In this document: piece by piece, positions 50,905 through 63,610 of the stretch
How the letters are laid out: each line of letters begins with the position of its first letter
Numbering within the stretch: position 1 is the stretch's first letter
Assembly (NCBI GenBank): GCA_043228905.1
Contig: JBHGNT010000002.1
Span: forward strand, 3,596,001 to 3,660,000
Source: Azolla caroliniana
Lineage: Eukaryota > Plantae > Polypodiophyta
Direction: 5' to 3'
Length of the DNA stretch: 64,000 bases
Position numbers and translations under genes: made by a program
Notes under the pieces: generated by a model
Database searches by the model: none
What the model was told of the DNA's origin: nothing
Seen by the model: the letters and a program-made list of their open reading frames with translations, nothing else

Positions 50905-52100
50905 TCAATTACTATTAAAGAGAGAGACTATTTGTGTGTGAGTGAGAGAATCTATATGAGACAATCCAAGTCTCTCGAAAAGAAACGGGAGGTCAAAGGG
51001 TTTCGATGTAGGTGTGGCCCATGGTCCGGATGTAGAAACTACCCCAACCATGGCATCTAGGCGGTGTAGATCACGTTTCCTTATTTTCTTAATTGGTTCT
51101 ACACCATGTCGAGTTGCTTTAAAACCCGACAACTGAGGGCGTTTGGTTCTTCTTTGGTTTTCTACTTCATCAAGGAAGAGGACGAGTGGTTCATGTGTGT
51201 CCACATTCATCGTCTTCCCTTGTCCATGAAAAACTTCATTGGCTACATGTAGGTGAATATTAGAAAAGTTATTGTTAATATTTTGTAGTTTATTCTCTCT
51301 ATGTTGTTTTAGCTCTAAGATATATCTACCTAACTTCTTTATATCTAGAGCATCTAATAGTTTGGAGAGGGTGGGAGAAGGTCTGAGTATGTCTTGGTAT
51401 TTTTCCCTTATCTTGGCGTAAGTTGGACACTTGCATGTAAAGTGGTACTCACCTCTATTTCTATGTGACATAATCTACATATCCGTTCCTCTCTAGGAAC
51501 CCCATTAGTACAACCATTCTCAATATCAAGTTGGTGAGATGATATTCGAAGTTATCCAATGGCAACCCTTAGTGCATTTGGTAAGAATGTATCTAGATAT
51601 TTTAGTCGTGTAATAAAACCTAACTTAGAGAAGTGGATGAAGTGTTCCTTATAGTACAACATTTTAGATGGGAGTGACTCTAATGGGGTGATCCATTTAT
51701 AGAGAGTGTAAATTTGCCATATTTCTTGGCGTATTAATTTATTACAGTCCTCATGAGAGATTAAAATTTGCAAGAAGCCAACTCACCATCATGCTATACC
51801 AAGAGCTAGTATATCCGGACTCATAAAGTGATTGAGATGCCTCAAAAGCACATGGTGAAGGTTTTTCTCGCTATCTAAATACTATCTACAACGTTGAAAA
51901 TACAACCGATACCAAACATCTGAGGATTGATGTGGACTTGGAGAAGGTTTTCGAGGTTGGTAAACTAGTGATTTACATTAGGAGACATTTGGATTTCTTC
52001 ACATTGTAATTTGAAACCCGATTTTTTCGGTTAGGGTAGAGTGGAAACATGTGGTTTGATAGGTCTCACCATACCCCATCTTGTTAGCCATCTAGTGGGA
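50905..52100 (-). mobile_element. LINE 3' fragment (C-terminal Cys/His region)
   Basis: SHQLDIENG...PREERICRLC...EYHFTCKCPTYAKIREKY. Confidence 0.7.
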
Positions 52101-52508
52101 CATATATTAGTGGCTTCATTCTCGATTTAAAAAACAAATGTATTTAAAGGGAAGAGGTCTATTCCAATGTTCAATACGCCATTATTTATTGTTGCACATT
52201 CACATGCTTAAACAAAAGAAATGAGAATCCTCGAATATGGAACACAATCATCTTGCATGTATAGTGAAACATTGTGTAACATAATTTATCATCATTGAAA
52301 TGAAACTAGCCATTGATCTTTGCACGGTTTTGTAGGATCCACGATATTAAGTTTCATTATTAATAAATAAATAAATAAATCTTCCTACATATAGGAAGAC
52401 AATGCATTCACCAATTCATATTAATTGGTATGAAAGAAAGAGTTTCCTAAAGCCATGTATTTTTTTATCAATCCCAGAAATGAGGAAGATAATTCAAGCA
52501 TCTATAAT

Positions 52509-53060
52509 TTAGAGCCACCAAAGGCGAGTTTTATAGAATTTTGTGACCTTGGCAGTTGAGTTGCCAGTAGGTGGCGTAAAATTGAAGTTGTTGGCGATAG
52601 TGTAGCCATACACGCCACGAAAGTCACCAGTGCCACCTGTCACGGCTAATTCGAAGGGTTGTCCACTACCAAAGTCGGCCTCACCTTGTGTGGTGAAAGT
52701 GCCCTTGAGACCCCCTTTCTTGGGATTAACGTAATGCACAACGGTGTTGACAACAAAAATGGTGGCATTGACAGTGTTGGAGGTCACCACAGAGGTGCCG
52801 CGAATGACGCCCAATACTTGGGAGGTTGGGTTTCCTGTCTTGGTCAATGTGTAGTTATAAACCACTTGAAGGCCAACACCAGTGAATGTGCCTTTGGCCG
52901 GAGGAACAGCTGCTGAGACCATCCCAAACTCATTCACCCCAAGTTGTTGTTGTGTGTAGTACTTCAATACCACCTTCTTTTTTGCTGCAACACATGCTGC
53001 CATTAGAAGCACCATGAGTACCATCATGTTCATGTAGGAAACGTTATATCTAGACGCCAT
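52509..53060 (-). CDS. Dirigent-family protein (secreted, intronless)
   Basis: Intact 183-aa ORF with hydrophobic signal peptide, VVYNYTLT..P.SQVLGVIRG and ELAVTGGTGDFRGVYGY dirigent motifs, NxT sequons; TATTTAAA about 90 nt upstream. Confidence 0.88.
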   Translation of the reverse strand: MASRYNVSYMNMMVLMVLLMAACVAAKKKVVLKYYTQQQLGVNEFGMVSAAVPPAKGTFTGVGLQVVYNYTLTKTGNPTSQVLGVIRGTSVVTSNTVNATIFVVNTVVHYVNPKKGGLKGTFTTQGEADFGSGQPFELAVTGGTGDFRGVYGYTIANNFNFTPPTGNSTAKVTKFYKTRLWWL

Positions 53061-53459
53061 TGCTATACGTATTGAGATGAATTCTAAGTACTGATGATGA
53101 GGTTTTCAAGAGAGATATGGAATGACCTTTGCAAGGATTTGGCTAGCTTTAAATACAACATGTAGAAGCTTAGTTTAATTGTATGCCATGCTTACTTTTG
53201 TGAGCATGAAATGATATTTTAATTTCATCGTGACACGATCATGGAAGTAAAGTTCCGAAGGCATGCATGGCAATATTGTCATGATGAATTTCATGTATTC
53301 CAAGTTGACCATTCAATAATATGACTAGTTAGTTCCAATTTAATTTTCCATTCAATATTAAAGTGCATCTTAAATCACCATTACAAGCATCACGATTTCC
53401 CCAAACATCATTTAATGTAAAAGGAATAAAGAATTTAAGTACAAATATTTTATCCTAAA

Positions 53460-54200
53460 CAACTTTTGAGAATATTAAAGAGGCAACTCTCTCCAAGATG
53501 GTCTGGTTCATCGTTTCAGCTAGCCCGTTTAACATTGGCATCTTTGGCACGATATATTCAAGCCGGATTCCCTTTTACCGACAGTTCTCCTCGAACTGCC
53601 CCTGGTATTCACTGCCATTGTCCGTTCGGACCACCTTCAAGTTCCATCCAGTTCTCTCTTGGCTCTCACCTGGAACACCTTGAAGACACTCAATACTTGA
53701 TCCTTCGTCTTTTGCACGTAAGCCCACAACTTATGACTATAATCATTTATGAAGGTTACGAAGTACTGTCTACCGGAATGAGACCTTGCATCTATATAGC
53801 ACACATCGGTCTATACAAGTTCGAAGGCAGTTTTCCTCTACATCAAAGGCCTAGATCAAAAGGTGGCTCTATTTCATTTGTCGGCCAAGCAGACGACACA
53901 TTTGTCCAAATGCACATTCTTCACCTCCGGCAAGAGTTGTTTTCCGGCCAGCATCTCCATATCCTTCTAACTCATGTGAGATAGCCTCATATGCCACAAC
54001 TCTCCAGTTGTGTCGGCTGTCGCATTTACCTCATTTCGGCTCAGTAGTACATGCATCACATATAATGTATTTTACTTCTTGAACCGAACCACGATCAAGT
54101 TCCCTCTGCAGAATCTCCATGTGCCATTTCGGAAATGACCGCTATAACCTTCGTCATCGAGCTGTCCAACCGATATTAGATTCAATAAAATCCTTTCGAG
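53460..54200 (-). mobile_element. Degenerate copia GAG-pre-integrase/integrase fragment
   Basis: LNLISVGQLDDEGY..., LWH..GY.HMS, related to 55264-55925. Confidence 0.7.
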
Positions 54201-57200
54201 TCATAATGTGAGTGTCATGATCCTTTCGATGCATGATGTGAGTACTATCATGACACCCTCCACACTTGTTCGAGAGACTTGGGCATTAACCAATGTAAGA
54301 CCCAAGAGAAGGACAATGGCAGTGAGGAAGCAAGGGCCAACGTAGATGCGTGCGACAGAGAGATAGCCAAAGAGATGGCTATGGACAAGATGGCAAAAGC
54401 AAAAGCCGATAAAGATGAGAATCCCTCCACACAGGTTCCGGAGAGTTCTGCAATTATGCTCGAGAACCAACATAAGACCAGAGATGGAAGGTGGCGGTGA
54501 GGAAGCGAAGGTCAAAGCTAATACATATGATGAAGAGGTCAAACAAAGCACAATAGTGCATGATGAGGGCCAAACGAATGAAGTGAATTCGAAGGGCATT
54601 CTATAGGATTTGATCACAATATCTAACTCGAAAGAGGACACCATTACAAAGATCGAACCATCGATGGTCAACTCTCACATGAGAGCATACTATGAAAAAG
54701 GAAGAAGCGAAAAACATGCAATCTGGTAGTCTAAGGGCCTAAATGTGAGCATGTACTTGAAGCATGGGCTACAAGGAATAGTCAAAGTCGATGTTCGGAT
54801 GATTCCTAACAAAGACAAGCTTGGATTGACAGAAGAAGGAAGATTGAAGTTTCTTGTCCATAAAGGTGATCGAAATGAAAGCAACACATGCATGGTGCAT
54901 GAAGGGTTATGGTTGGGGAAGGCGAAGGAGGCCATGACAACCGGTCGTGGTGATGCAAAGCTCTGTCGAAGGATTTGGTGGTTTGGATGGTCCCCATGGC
55001 TATGGTGGAAAGAGTGGTCATGGTGGCATTGGAAGAGATTTAAGTAGGCAATGAGTGGGTTCAAGGTCAGTCTCAATCATAGATAGTGATAGTTTGCAGC
55101 CTGTGGGCTGCCGTGGTTTTTCCCTCAGTTTGGGTTTTCCACGTAAACATCCTGTCTACCATTTCTCTCCTTTGTGTCATGCATTTGTTTCCTGTTTTCT
55201 GTGTATGATCCTAAGCTCGGTTGTGGCCAAGCGTTGCGCAAAGGGAGCGTTGAGTTCCCGTCAGCATGTGACTTCGTGTCTACTTGACACACATCCGTAT
55301 GCACCAACTCCAGTGGTGCATTACGTCTCATCGGTGGCCTTGGTCGGAAGGAGGTCCGGTTCTGCTTACCGGCCAGACAATCAATGCACTTCTCTAAGTG
55401 CACGTTCTTCACTGGAATGAGGTTGTCGTCTGCAAGCCTCTTCATCCCCTTCTCGCTCATATGACACAGCCTCTTGTGCCACAGCTCACCGGCAGTGTCG
55501 GATGCCACGTTCACTTCTTCCGGGCATAACCGGGCATTCATCAGGTACAGTGTGTTGACCTTCCAGGCCCTAGCCACAATCAGGCTCCCTTTGTTGAACT
55601 TCATGACACCGTTCCGGATGCTACCTGTGTAGCCTTCATCATCTAGCTGACCAGCTGATATCAGGTTCAGACGAACCTCCGGAACGTGTCGGACATCCTT
55701 CAGCAACAACTTGCATCCGGTTGGTGTTGTCAGCCACATGTCTCCTATGCCGAAAATTCGGCATGTACCTTCATTCCCCATCCAGACACAGCTGTGATCA
55801 CCGGCTGAGTAGGATGAGAAGCATTTCCGGTCCGGGGTAAGGTGGAACGACGCTCCGGAGTCTACCACCCAGGTCATCTCGTCGCCGGCAAGGTTTATCT
55901 CACTCTCCTCTATGATGAGCATCAACTCCTCTTCACTTGCCGCGATTGCCGTCGTTCCCTTCCGGTCCGGTCCCCTACGGTCTTTGCCGTTCCGGTCCGG
56001 TGTCCGCTTCGAATCGGTACCGTCGGTTTCCTTGTCTTTACGGAAATGCCGACAGTTCTTTTGGAAGTGTCCCGGCTTGCCGCAATAGAAGCAAGTAGGC
56101 CTCCCCCTTGACTTTGACCGTGTCCCCGACTTCTCCCGGTTCTAGGGACTACGGTTTCTCTATCTTCTGTGTTCCGATTCGGTAAGGAGCGCTTTGGAGT
56201 CGGAGCTCGTATCTTTGTCTTTCCGACGCGCCTCTTCATCTAGCAAGCTCGATTTTACTCTTGCTAGGGATAACCGCTTTCCTTCCGGCCCGGCGTTGCC
56301 CAAAGTGACAACCAACGTCTCCCAGCTATCCGGGAGGGAACCGAGCAGGAGTAGCGCTAGTACCTCGTCGGCGAGAGGTACTTCCAATGATGTTGCCTGG
56401 TGTATCAGCCCCTGGAAGGCATTCATGTGCTCCGCCATGCTGGAGCCATCTTGGTACCGGAGTCTTACTAGCTTCCGGAATACCGAAACCTGATTGACAG
56501 CATTTTTGTTCTGAAACATTATGCTGATCTTCTCCCAGAGCTCATGAGCCTTGCTCTCCTCATTGAAGTTGTTGTACAGGCTCATGTCGATGAAGCACCG
56601 TATGTACGCCGTTGTCTTCATGTGCATCACCTCCCATATCGCGGCGTCGATTTTGTCCGGTCTCTTATCCCCGAACTGAACCGGCAGCCAGAGGTCTTTA
56701 ACCACGAGCATGTCCCTCATCTTCGACTTCCACACTGAATAGTTGGAGCCGGTGAGCTTAAACATGCCGCCAAACGATTCATCCATTTTCTGTGTCGTTT
56801 CGCTCTGATACCACTTGACGGGAACTTGTCGTTCCTTATGCTCAACGCTCGGCCACAACCAAGCTTAGATCATGCACAGAAAACGGGAAATAAACGCACG
56901 ACACAAAGGAGAGAAAAGGTACACAGGATGTTTACGTGGAAAACCCAAACTAAGGGAAAAACCACGGCAGCCCACAGGCTGCAAACTATCACTATGTTGG
57001 AATGTACAAACAGTGAGTTCACGGAGGCAACGACCTCGTGCTCACGATCTTCGCCACAGGCGGCGGTTACAACAAAGGCAACAACCTCTTTCTCTCTCTC
57101 TCTCTATACACTGTTACACGCTCTGATCTCACACAGACAAGAAATAATAATAACAACAGTATCTAAAAGTTTGCCCTAACTCATATTTATACTAATATGA

Positions 57201-57264
57201 CTTTTCGGCTATTTACAAATATAGCCTCGATGGACTCTCAGAAACATATTTACGAATATGTCTC

Positions 57265-57622
57265 TTCATCCGGTTTTCACCGGGTCTGTACCATCCGGCT
57301 CTCCGTAGCCGGGTACTCCTCATCCGGTTCACACCGGGTCTGCACCATCCGGCTCTCCGTAACCGGGTACTCCTCATCCGGTTCATACCGGGTCTGCACC
57401 ATCCGGCTCTCCGTAGCCGGGTACTCCTCATCCGGTTCACACCGGGTCTGCACCATCCGGCTCTCCGTAACCGGGTACTCCTCATCCGGTTCATACCGGG
57501 TCTGCACCATCCGGCTCTCCGTAGCCGGGTACTCCTCATCCGGTTCATACCGGGTCTGCACCATCCGGCTCTCCGTAGCCGGGTACTCCTCATCCAGTTC
57601 ATACCGGGTCTGCACCATCCGG
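57265..57622. repeat. 54-bp CCGG-rich tandem array within copia LTR (6-7 units; also 40858-41178, 46730-47000)
   Basis: Unit gggtactcctcatccggttcacaccgggtctgcaccatccggctctccgtagcc. Confidence 0.95.
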
Positions 57623-57990
57623 AGGGACCTGTCTCCCAACAGAAGGCAATCGGCTGCAGATGGATATACAAAGTGAAATATAATGCTGACGGTTCTATCA
57701 ACCGTTACAAAGCTTGACTCGTAGCAAAGGACTACGCACAAACACAGGGCGTCGACTATGAAGAGACCTTTGCCCCGGTGGCAAAGATGACAACTGTGCG
57801 AACCGTGATAGCACTTGCAGCAGCGAAAGGGTGGCACCTCCACCAGATGGATGTCAAGAACGCTTTTCTTCAAGGCGAATTGGAAGAGGAGGTGTACATG
57901 GTACAACCACCCGGCTTCGAATCCAACATTCATCCGAAAGCCATCTGCCGACTCAAGAAGCCTCTCTACGGCCTTAAGCAAGCACCACGT

Positions 57991-60767
57991 TGTCGTGCCT
58001 TTCGGCTCCGGATCGTTGCGTAACTCCAAATAGGATATGGAGTACCCAGTGAGAACTGGAAGGAAGAACCGGTGAGGACCGAAACTGGTAAGGAGACCGG
58101 CAAGAGCCAGATGAAGAAGGCCGGTGAGAGTCGGTGAGAAACAGACAAAGAGGACCGGTAAGGAGGATCCGGTAAGAACCGGATACCGAGAACCGGCGAG
58201 AACCGGATGAATCAGAACCGGCAAGAGCCGGATGAAGAAGGCCGGTGAGAGTCTCTCACCAGATGAAGAGACATATTTGTAAATAGAAGAAAGTATAAAA
58301 TTATATATTACATGCATAGGGCAAGATTCGAACCTTGCACCTCCATGTTAATAATGTTAAGCCTTATCATTATACTAGCGTATTATGAATTTTAAAGTTA
58401 TACTAAACTTTATCCCATGTAAAATTTCTAGACATGCATGGTACAAAAAGTTATTCATGCATAGACACTCGAGTAAAAAGAAAAGATGAGATAGAAAGCT
58501 AATCATGCACATGCAGTGTGCATGAAAACTAAAGATGGGAAAAGCATGATGCTTGCATGTGATAAACTTAGACTCTTCCAACACTATATAAGGAAGAGAT
58601 AAAGATGTATAGAGGTTGTTGATTATTTTACAAGGGTTTAGGATCCACGAGTTTGCTAACTATTTTTCTCTCTTAATTTGAGTACTCACTAATACACTAT
58701 ACTCGTGGGATTCATGAGTTTTTTCATATCTTTCTTTCTTACAATATATTTCATATTCTTAATTGCCTTAGAATTTTCTTTCTTCCTAGTCCAAAACCCC
58801 AGCAGTTCCCACCCGACTCACGCAACAATCCGGAGCCGTAAGGCACGACACAAGTGGTGAACCCGACGTGAAAACAGGTGGCAAGGAGATGGAAAATCAA
58901 CCGGAGGCTAACAACATGATGATGATGTTCCAGCGAATGCTTCAGGAACAACATGCGATGTTGGAGATAGCGGCGACAGTAGAGCGGCTCATGCAACGGA
59001 TCGGGCAATTCAACGAAAAGGACGTATTACGTTATCTTCGGGACTACAAGTCTGAAATGCTACGGTGCGGGCTTTCGGAAGGACTACAAGTGGCATCCTT
59101 CAACCGGCTGGCTATTGACGGGCTTCAAGCAAGTATCCACGGTCTATGACAACAAAATCCGACGTGGGAAGCGTTTGAAGAGGCGCTAAAGACCACGTTC
59201 TCTATCGAGGACTCCTCCAAGGCAACGCGGAGAGGATTCGAGGATTGGGTAGAAACGCTGGACAAGGGGATGAAGGTCCTCAATGTGTTTTCGGCATTCG
59301 AAAGTCGGTTCGGGAGGTTGTCCGCGAGAGATCAAGCTATCCTCGCACCGGACAAAGTTATCATGTTCGTAGACGTCCGGGACCGGAAGGATCTTGAAGT
59401 GCTTTTAGAGGACACGACTACTGAGAGCGGCCTCACCGAAACATGGGAAAGCGTATGGGATATCGTCGCGCGATACACAAAGAGGAGGCAATGGCTTGCC
59501 AACAAGGTAAAGAGGGTTTCAGAACCGATTCCGAAACCGAGATCCGGATTGGAAGACCATCAACCGCGGGCTCGGGAAGCTACGATTGAGAAGGGAATCG
59601 ACGCAACTATGGTGGAGCAGTTGCTGAAGGAGATGGAGAATCTAAAAATCGCGATGGTGAAGAAGTCGGATGACCGTCCCACAGGTTCCAAGTATATGGA
59701 CCGTCGATGCATATGGTGCGATAGCACCGAACATGATCGGAGGGATTGCGACGAGCACAAGGAAGTGCTACGACAGGATCTTATCTACTACGAGGGAAAT
59801 CAGATTCATTTTATGGACTCTCAGAAGCCGCTCCGACCGAACTTCTGAAAAGGCAGCATGAAGAAGTTCCTAGAGGAGGAAATAGCGGCAAAGAACAATT
59901 ACGCAACAACCACGGGAATACGTGTCAGGGAGTCATCGGGAGCAAAGGTGTCTTTTTGGCCGGAAGTGCCAGAAAACACTGAGAAAACCGACTCTAACGA
60001 GATCCGAAGCACCACGGAAGGCATCCAGGAAGCTACGGGATGGGAGTGCCCCGTCGATAAGAATAGCGTGTTTGCTTTATGCCAATTGCATGAAGTGTAT
60101 GTAGATGAGAAGCGACGGCGCACGGATGAGGCGGCCGGTCCATCGAAGACACCGGAAAGCTGGAACTCCAAAGGTAAGGGAAAAGAAAAGATGATTCCGG
60201 CATTCAAGCTCGCCTCGGACATTGAACAACAAACGGACTTGAAAAAGGTGTTCGAGGAGAGAATCCTCGATAGCCAGGTAGATTTTTCGCTTCGAGAATT
60301 ACTCGGAATAGTGAAGAAGGAGTTCCACGATCTTCTTGTGGATCTCGTGAAGAGAAAAAGGCAAAGTACGGAGGAGATCGCTCCAAGGGTGAATGCAAAT
60401 ACCCTTCTAATGAATGACACCAAATTGGAGGACGAAATACCGAATTCTCACTACACAAAGCCACACTGGGCACGCGCAACTACAGAGACTCCGGTCCGAA
60501 TCGGTAACATCAAAGAACCCGTGCTAGCATTGATTGATCACGGATCGGAGATCAACTTGATTTCCAAGGAATTCTACCGGAAGGGTAAGTGGCCTATTAA
60601 CATGAATCATGGGTGGAAGATCCGGGCGGCCACTAAAGCAACGGAATATCTATTTGCGGCTTGTTCGGATGTGACGGTGAAGATCGGGGATGTCGAGATC
60701 GACCAAAATTTCTTCGTACAAGACGAGGTCTCACACTCTATGATCCTCGGGAAACCTTTTATCACGG
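57991..60767 (+). mobile_element. Ty3/gypsy element with tRNA-Trp-type PBS (5' LTR 57991-58850, decayed gag-protease)
   Basis: LTR with 31-bp terminal inverted repeat, PBS TGGTGAACCCGACGTGAA 58855-58872, CIWCDSTEH..C knuckle, ALIDHGSEIN protease. Confidence 0.88.
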
Positions 60768-61422
60768 TGTTGTGAAGAAAACCGTCCAGGAGCGGAATCG
60801 GTGCGCCGGAGCGTAGAAACCGACTCTTCATGCGCGTGCGCCTTAAGTTGTACATAGGAGATCCTAGGTAGATTCGGTAGGTAGGGAGTAAAGGGGAAAC
60901 GGCTCCTTCCTTGCCTATAAAAGGAGGGAGACGAGGAGGGTAGAGGGATCGCGGAGAGTCGAGGACGAAGTGCTGTCGGTTTGCGTGCGAAGGCTTCTCT
61001 CTCTCTCTCTCTTTCCGGTTGCAAACGCCATAGCTTCCTTCTGTGCAGGTTTCGGGAGGCTCGCGCTGCTCTGAGGAATGCCCGAGTGCTTCCGGCAGCA
61101 CCTCCAACCTACTCTTTCCCCTCTGTGCGTTTACGAGCAGGTATCGGCATCTGTTCGCCGGCCTGTTCGGTTGTAACCGACTTCGTGTTTGTTGTCTTCG
61201 TGTTCTTGTTGTTTGTCTTGTCAATACATACATACTTTCGTGTCTTTCTGTGTCGCTGTCCCACTCGCGTCTTTGCGCCGAAGGGCCGTGTCCCTGTGAA
61301 TCTACGCTCGCACGTAGTGGGTCTCTTCTCTTTCTCTCTTACTCTTCGGTACAGGACCCCCGAGGTCCCGCCTCATTCCACGCATCTGCGAGGAATACCT
61401 CGACATATTTGGTGAACCCGAC

Positions 61423-63576
61423 GTGAAGGAGGCGGCAGAAGAGCATAAGATGAGGGGGTGGGATCTTGCAGAGGCCATGGCTTCGGCCGTGGATCGGATA
61501 TTGAGCACACGCGAGGGCACCGGTGCCCTTGACAGAGCCATTGAGGCGGTCGTCGGTACGATCGGCCGTTTCAGCGGAAAGGATGCTACGAAGTACTTGG
61601 CGTCCTACGGGGCGGAAATGCTAATGCGGGACATTCCGGAAGAGAGGCATCTTGCCGGGTTCCCTCGAGTGGCGATGCCGAGCATCCATGCGGAGGTGCT
61701 CGAGGTACGGGCGGAGAGCCGTACCTGGGAGGAGTTCGAAGGCCGACTCCTAGAGAAATATGGGCTGGACGACGCGCTCCGGCTTTCGAAACGGGACTTC
61801 ATGGAATGGGTGGAGTTCCCCGGCAAAGGAAGAAACGCGTCGGCACTCCTCCGGGAGTTCGAAGAACGCTTTGCGCTCCTTTCGGCGCTTGACCGAACCA
61901 TTCTGGATACGAGCCGGGTCCTACTGTTCGTCAAGTCGGTGGACGAGCGGGACGGGGATCAAGTCGGCTCCTTGCTGGAAACCGAAGACGGGCTGACAAC
62001 CGACTGGGCTGCGGTTAAGAGATTCTGTGGCCGTTTCGACAAACGGCGAGAATGGGCTGACAACGGGGTGGCCGGTGCGGGCTCTGTTACAGCAAGGAGG
62101 CTTGAACCGGCACCACAAGTGCGAAGGGAAGAAACCCGGGAATGGCTCGAAACCGGTCCGGCTTTGACCAGCATGGTCAATGGCTCGTCCGGAGGAGCAG
62201 CGCTAGAGGAGTTGACGCGGGCGATAAAGGATCTCCAGATCTCCCAGACTCGAAGGGAAGGCGGCGAACCGGCTCGTGATCGACGGCCGGCAGCGGGGAA
62301 CAGGTGCATGTGGTGCAACGAGGTCGGCCACATTCGGAAGGACTGCGGCGATTTCGCAGAGGCGTTGAGAAACCGGGTGGTGTACCTGTGGGAAGGCCGG
62401 GTGCACGTTGGCGACACCAGGAGGGCCCTGAGCCGAAACGACGGGCGAGGAGGTATGAAGAGACTGATGGAAGAGGCAGCGGCCCGACACGTGGAGGCCA
62501 TCCACTACTCGGCGTCAGCCGGTATTCGGGTCGGGGGCAGCGAGGCCCGAAAGGAGAGTAAAGACGGTTTCTGGTCGGCAATGCTGGAAGGCCTCGCCGG
62601 CGCGCGGCTGAGGAAAGATGAAACGGACCGCGCTGAGAGACGGGTCCGGGAAATAACCGGGTGGAGCGATCCGGTCGAGGAGAAGACGGGCTTAGTAGAA
62701 GCTGCTTGCCGGAACTACGAGGCTCCGGTAGAAGAAAAACGAGTGGGGAAAGCCGGAGCGGCCGGGCCCTCACAACGGTACGAGACCCGATTCGGGCAAC
62801 GACGGAACGATGCCGGTGGGCCCGGCCCGCAAGATAACCCCAGGAAGGGCGGGTACCGACTGGGGACAGAAATAGAAAGGACTACGGACCTACGAAAGGT
62901 CCTAGAAGAACGGTTCCTCGACAGCAAAGTGGAGTTGTCATTACGGGAGGTGCTAGGGATCGCCAAGAAGGAGTTCCACGACTCCATTGTAGACTTGGTG
63001 AAACGGAAGAGACTGTCGACGGAGACGGAACCGGAAAGACCGGTGGAGGTGCGGACGACGCACATCGACGACTTGGCGCTGGAAGATGAGTGGGCGGAGA
63101 GCCACTATTCGAGGCCACACTGGGCCCGAGCGACCACGGAGACCCCGGTAAAGATCGGAGATGTTCAGGAACCGGTGGTGGCGTTGGTGGACCACGGTTC
63201 GGAAATAAACCTAATGTCCATGGAGTTCTATAAGAAGGGAAAGTGGCCGATCAACACCAGACACGGGTGGAAGATACGGGCGGCGATGCGCGCCACCGAG
63301 GAACTGCACGGGGCCTGCTCGAATGTGCGAGTAAAGATCGGCGACGTCGAGATTGACCAGCACTTCTTCGTACAGGAGACGTCCTCGCATCCGGTCATAT
63401 TAGGGGAACCATACATCACGGCGGTGAGAATGGAGACCAAAGTGCTGGACAACGGTTCGGCCTACGCGAGGGTCAAAAGCCAGGACGGGCGCCATTCGGT
63501 GCAATTTTTGACGGTGCGGCCGAACCACGAGAGAAACCGCGAATCCCTCGGTGGCGAGAGCCGGGAGGATTTTTAG
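61423..63576 (+). CDS. gag: gag-protease polyprotein
   Basis: Open 717 codons; CMWCNEVGHIRKDC, ALVDHGSEINL, VILGEP. True start is probably a downstream ATG. Confidence 0.9.
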   Translation: MKEAAEEHKMRGWDLAEAMASAVDRILSTREGTGALDRAIEAVVGTIGRFSGKDATKYLASYGAEMLMRDIPEERHLAGFPRVAMPSIHAEVLEVRAESRTWEEFEGRLLEKYGLDDALRLSKRDFMEWVEFPGKGRNASALLREFEERFALLSALDRTILDTSRVLLFVKSVDERDGDQVGSLLETEDGLTTDWAAVKRFCGRFDKRREWADNGVAGAGSVTARRLEPAPQVRREETREWLETGPALTSMVNGSSGGAALEELTRAIKDLQISQTRREGGEPARDRRPAAGNRCMWCNEVGHIRKDCGDFAEALRNRVVYLWEGRVHVGDTRRALSRNDGRGGMKRLMEEAAARHVEAIHYSASAGIRVGGSEARKESKDGFWSAMLEGLAGARLRKDETDRAERRVREITGWSDPVEEKTGLVEAACRNYEAPVEEKRVGKAGAAGPSQRYETRFGQRRNDAGGPGPQDNPRKGGYRLGTEIERTTDLRKVLEERFLDSKVELSLREVLGIAKKEFHDSIVDLVKRKRLSTETEPERPVEVRTTHIDDLALEDEWAESHYSRPHWARATTETPVKIGDVQEPVVALVDHGSEINLMSMEFYKKGKWPINTRHGWKIRAAMRATEELHGACSNVRVKIGDVEIDQHFFVQETSSHPVILGEPYITAVRMETKVLDNGSAYARVKSQDGRHSVQFLTVRPNHERNRESLGGESREDF

Positions 63577-63610
63577 AGAGGGCTGCCAAGGCGTGGGGCC
63601 GAGACAGCCC
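63567..63610 (+). promoter_or_regulatory. Putative -1 programmed ribosomal frameshift signal
   Basis: G GAT TTT heptamer immediately before TAG, then GGGCTG(63580)...CAGCCC(63610) stem; the -1 frame is open to the window end. Confidence 0.75.

Larger units (their letters stand above)
46282..57641 (-). mobile_element. Ty1/copia element B with rearranged interior
   Basis: TSD GAAGG (46277-46281, 57642-57646); 5' LTR 56816-57641; tRNA-Met PBS ~56802-56813; gag 56160-56858, WVVDSGASFH protease and start of integrase to 55264; truncated 3' LTR 46282-46826. Confidence 0.9.
43331..57990 (+). mobile_element. Ty1/copia element A (5' LTR missing), interrupted at 46282-57641 and at 57991
   Basis: PBS TGGTATCAGAGC 43331-43342; gag with CGYC..H..C, WFVDSCASNH protease, SDVWGP integrase; RT WDLVPHSPHK|KAIGCRWIYKVK continues across the insertion to [18 protein letters not shown]. 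Confidence 0.93.

Noticed and set aside
57197-58317. Long repetitive ORFs (e.g. 346 aa) over the 54-bp array, also 40791-41324
   Set aside because: The unit length is a multiple of three and the ORFs cross element boundaries, so they are artefacts of the LTR array.
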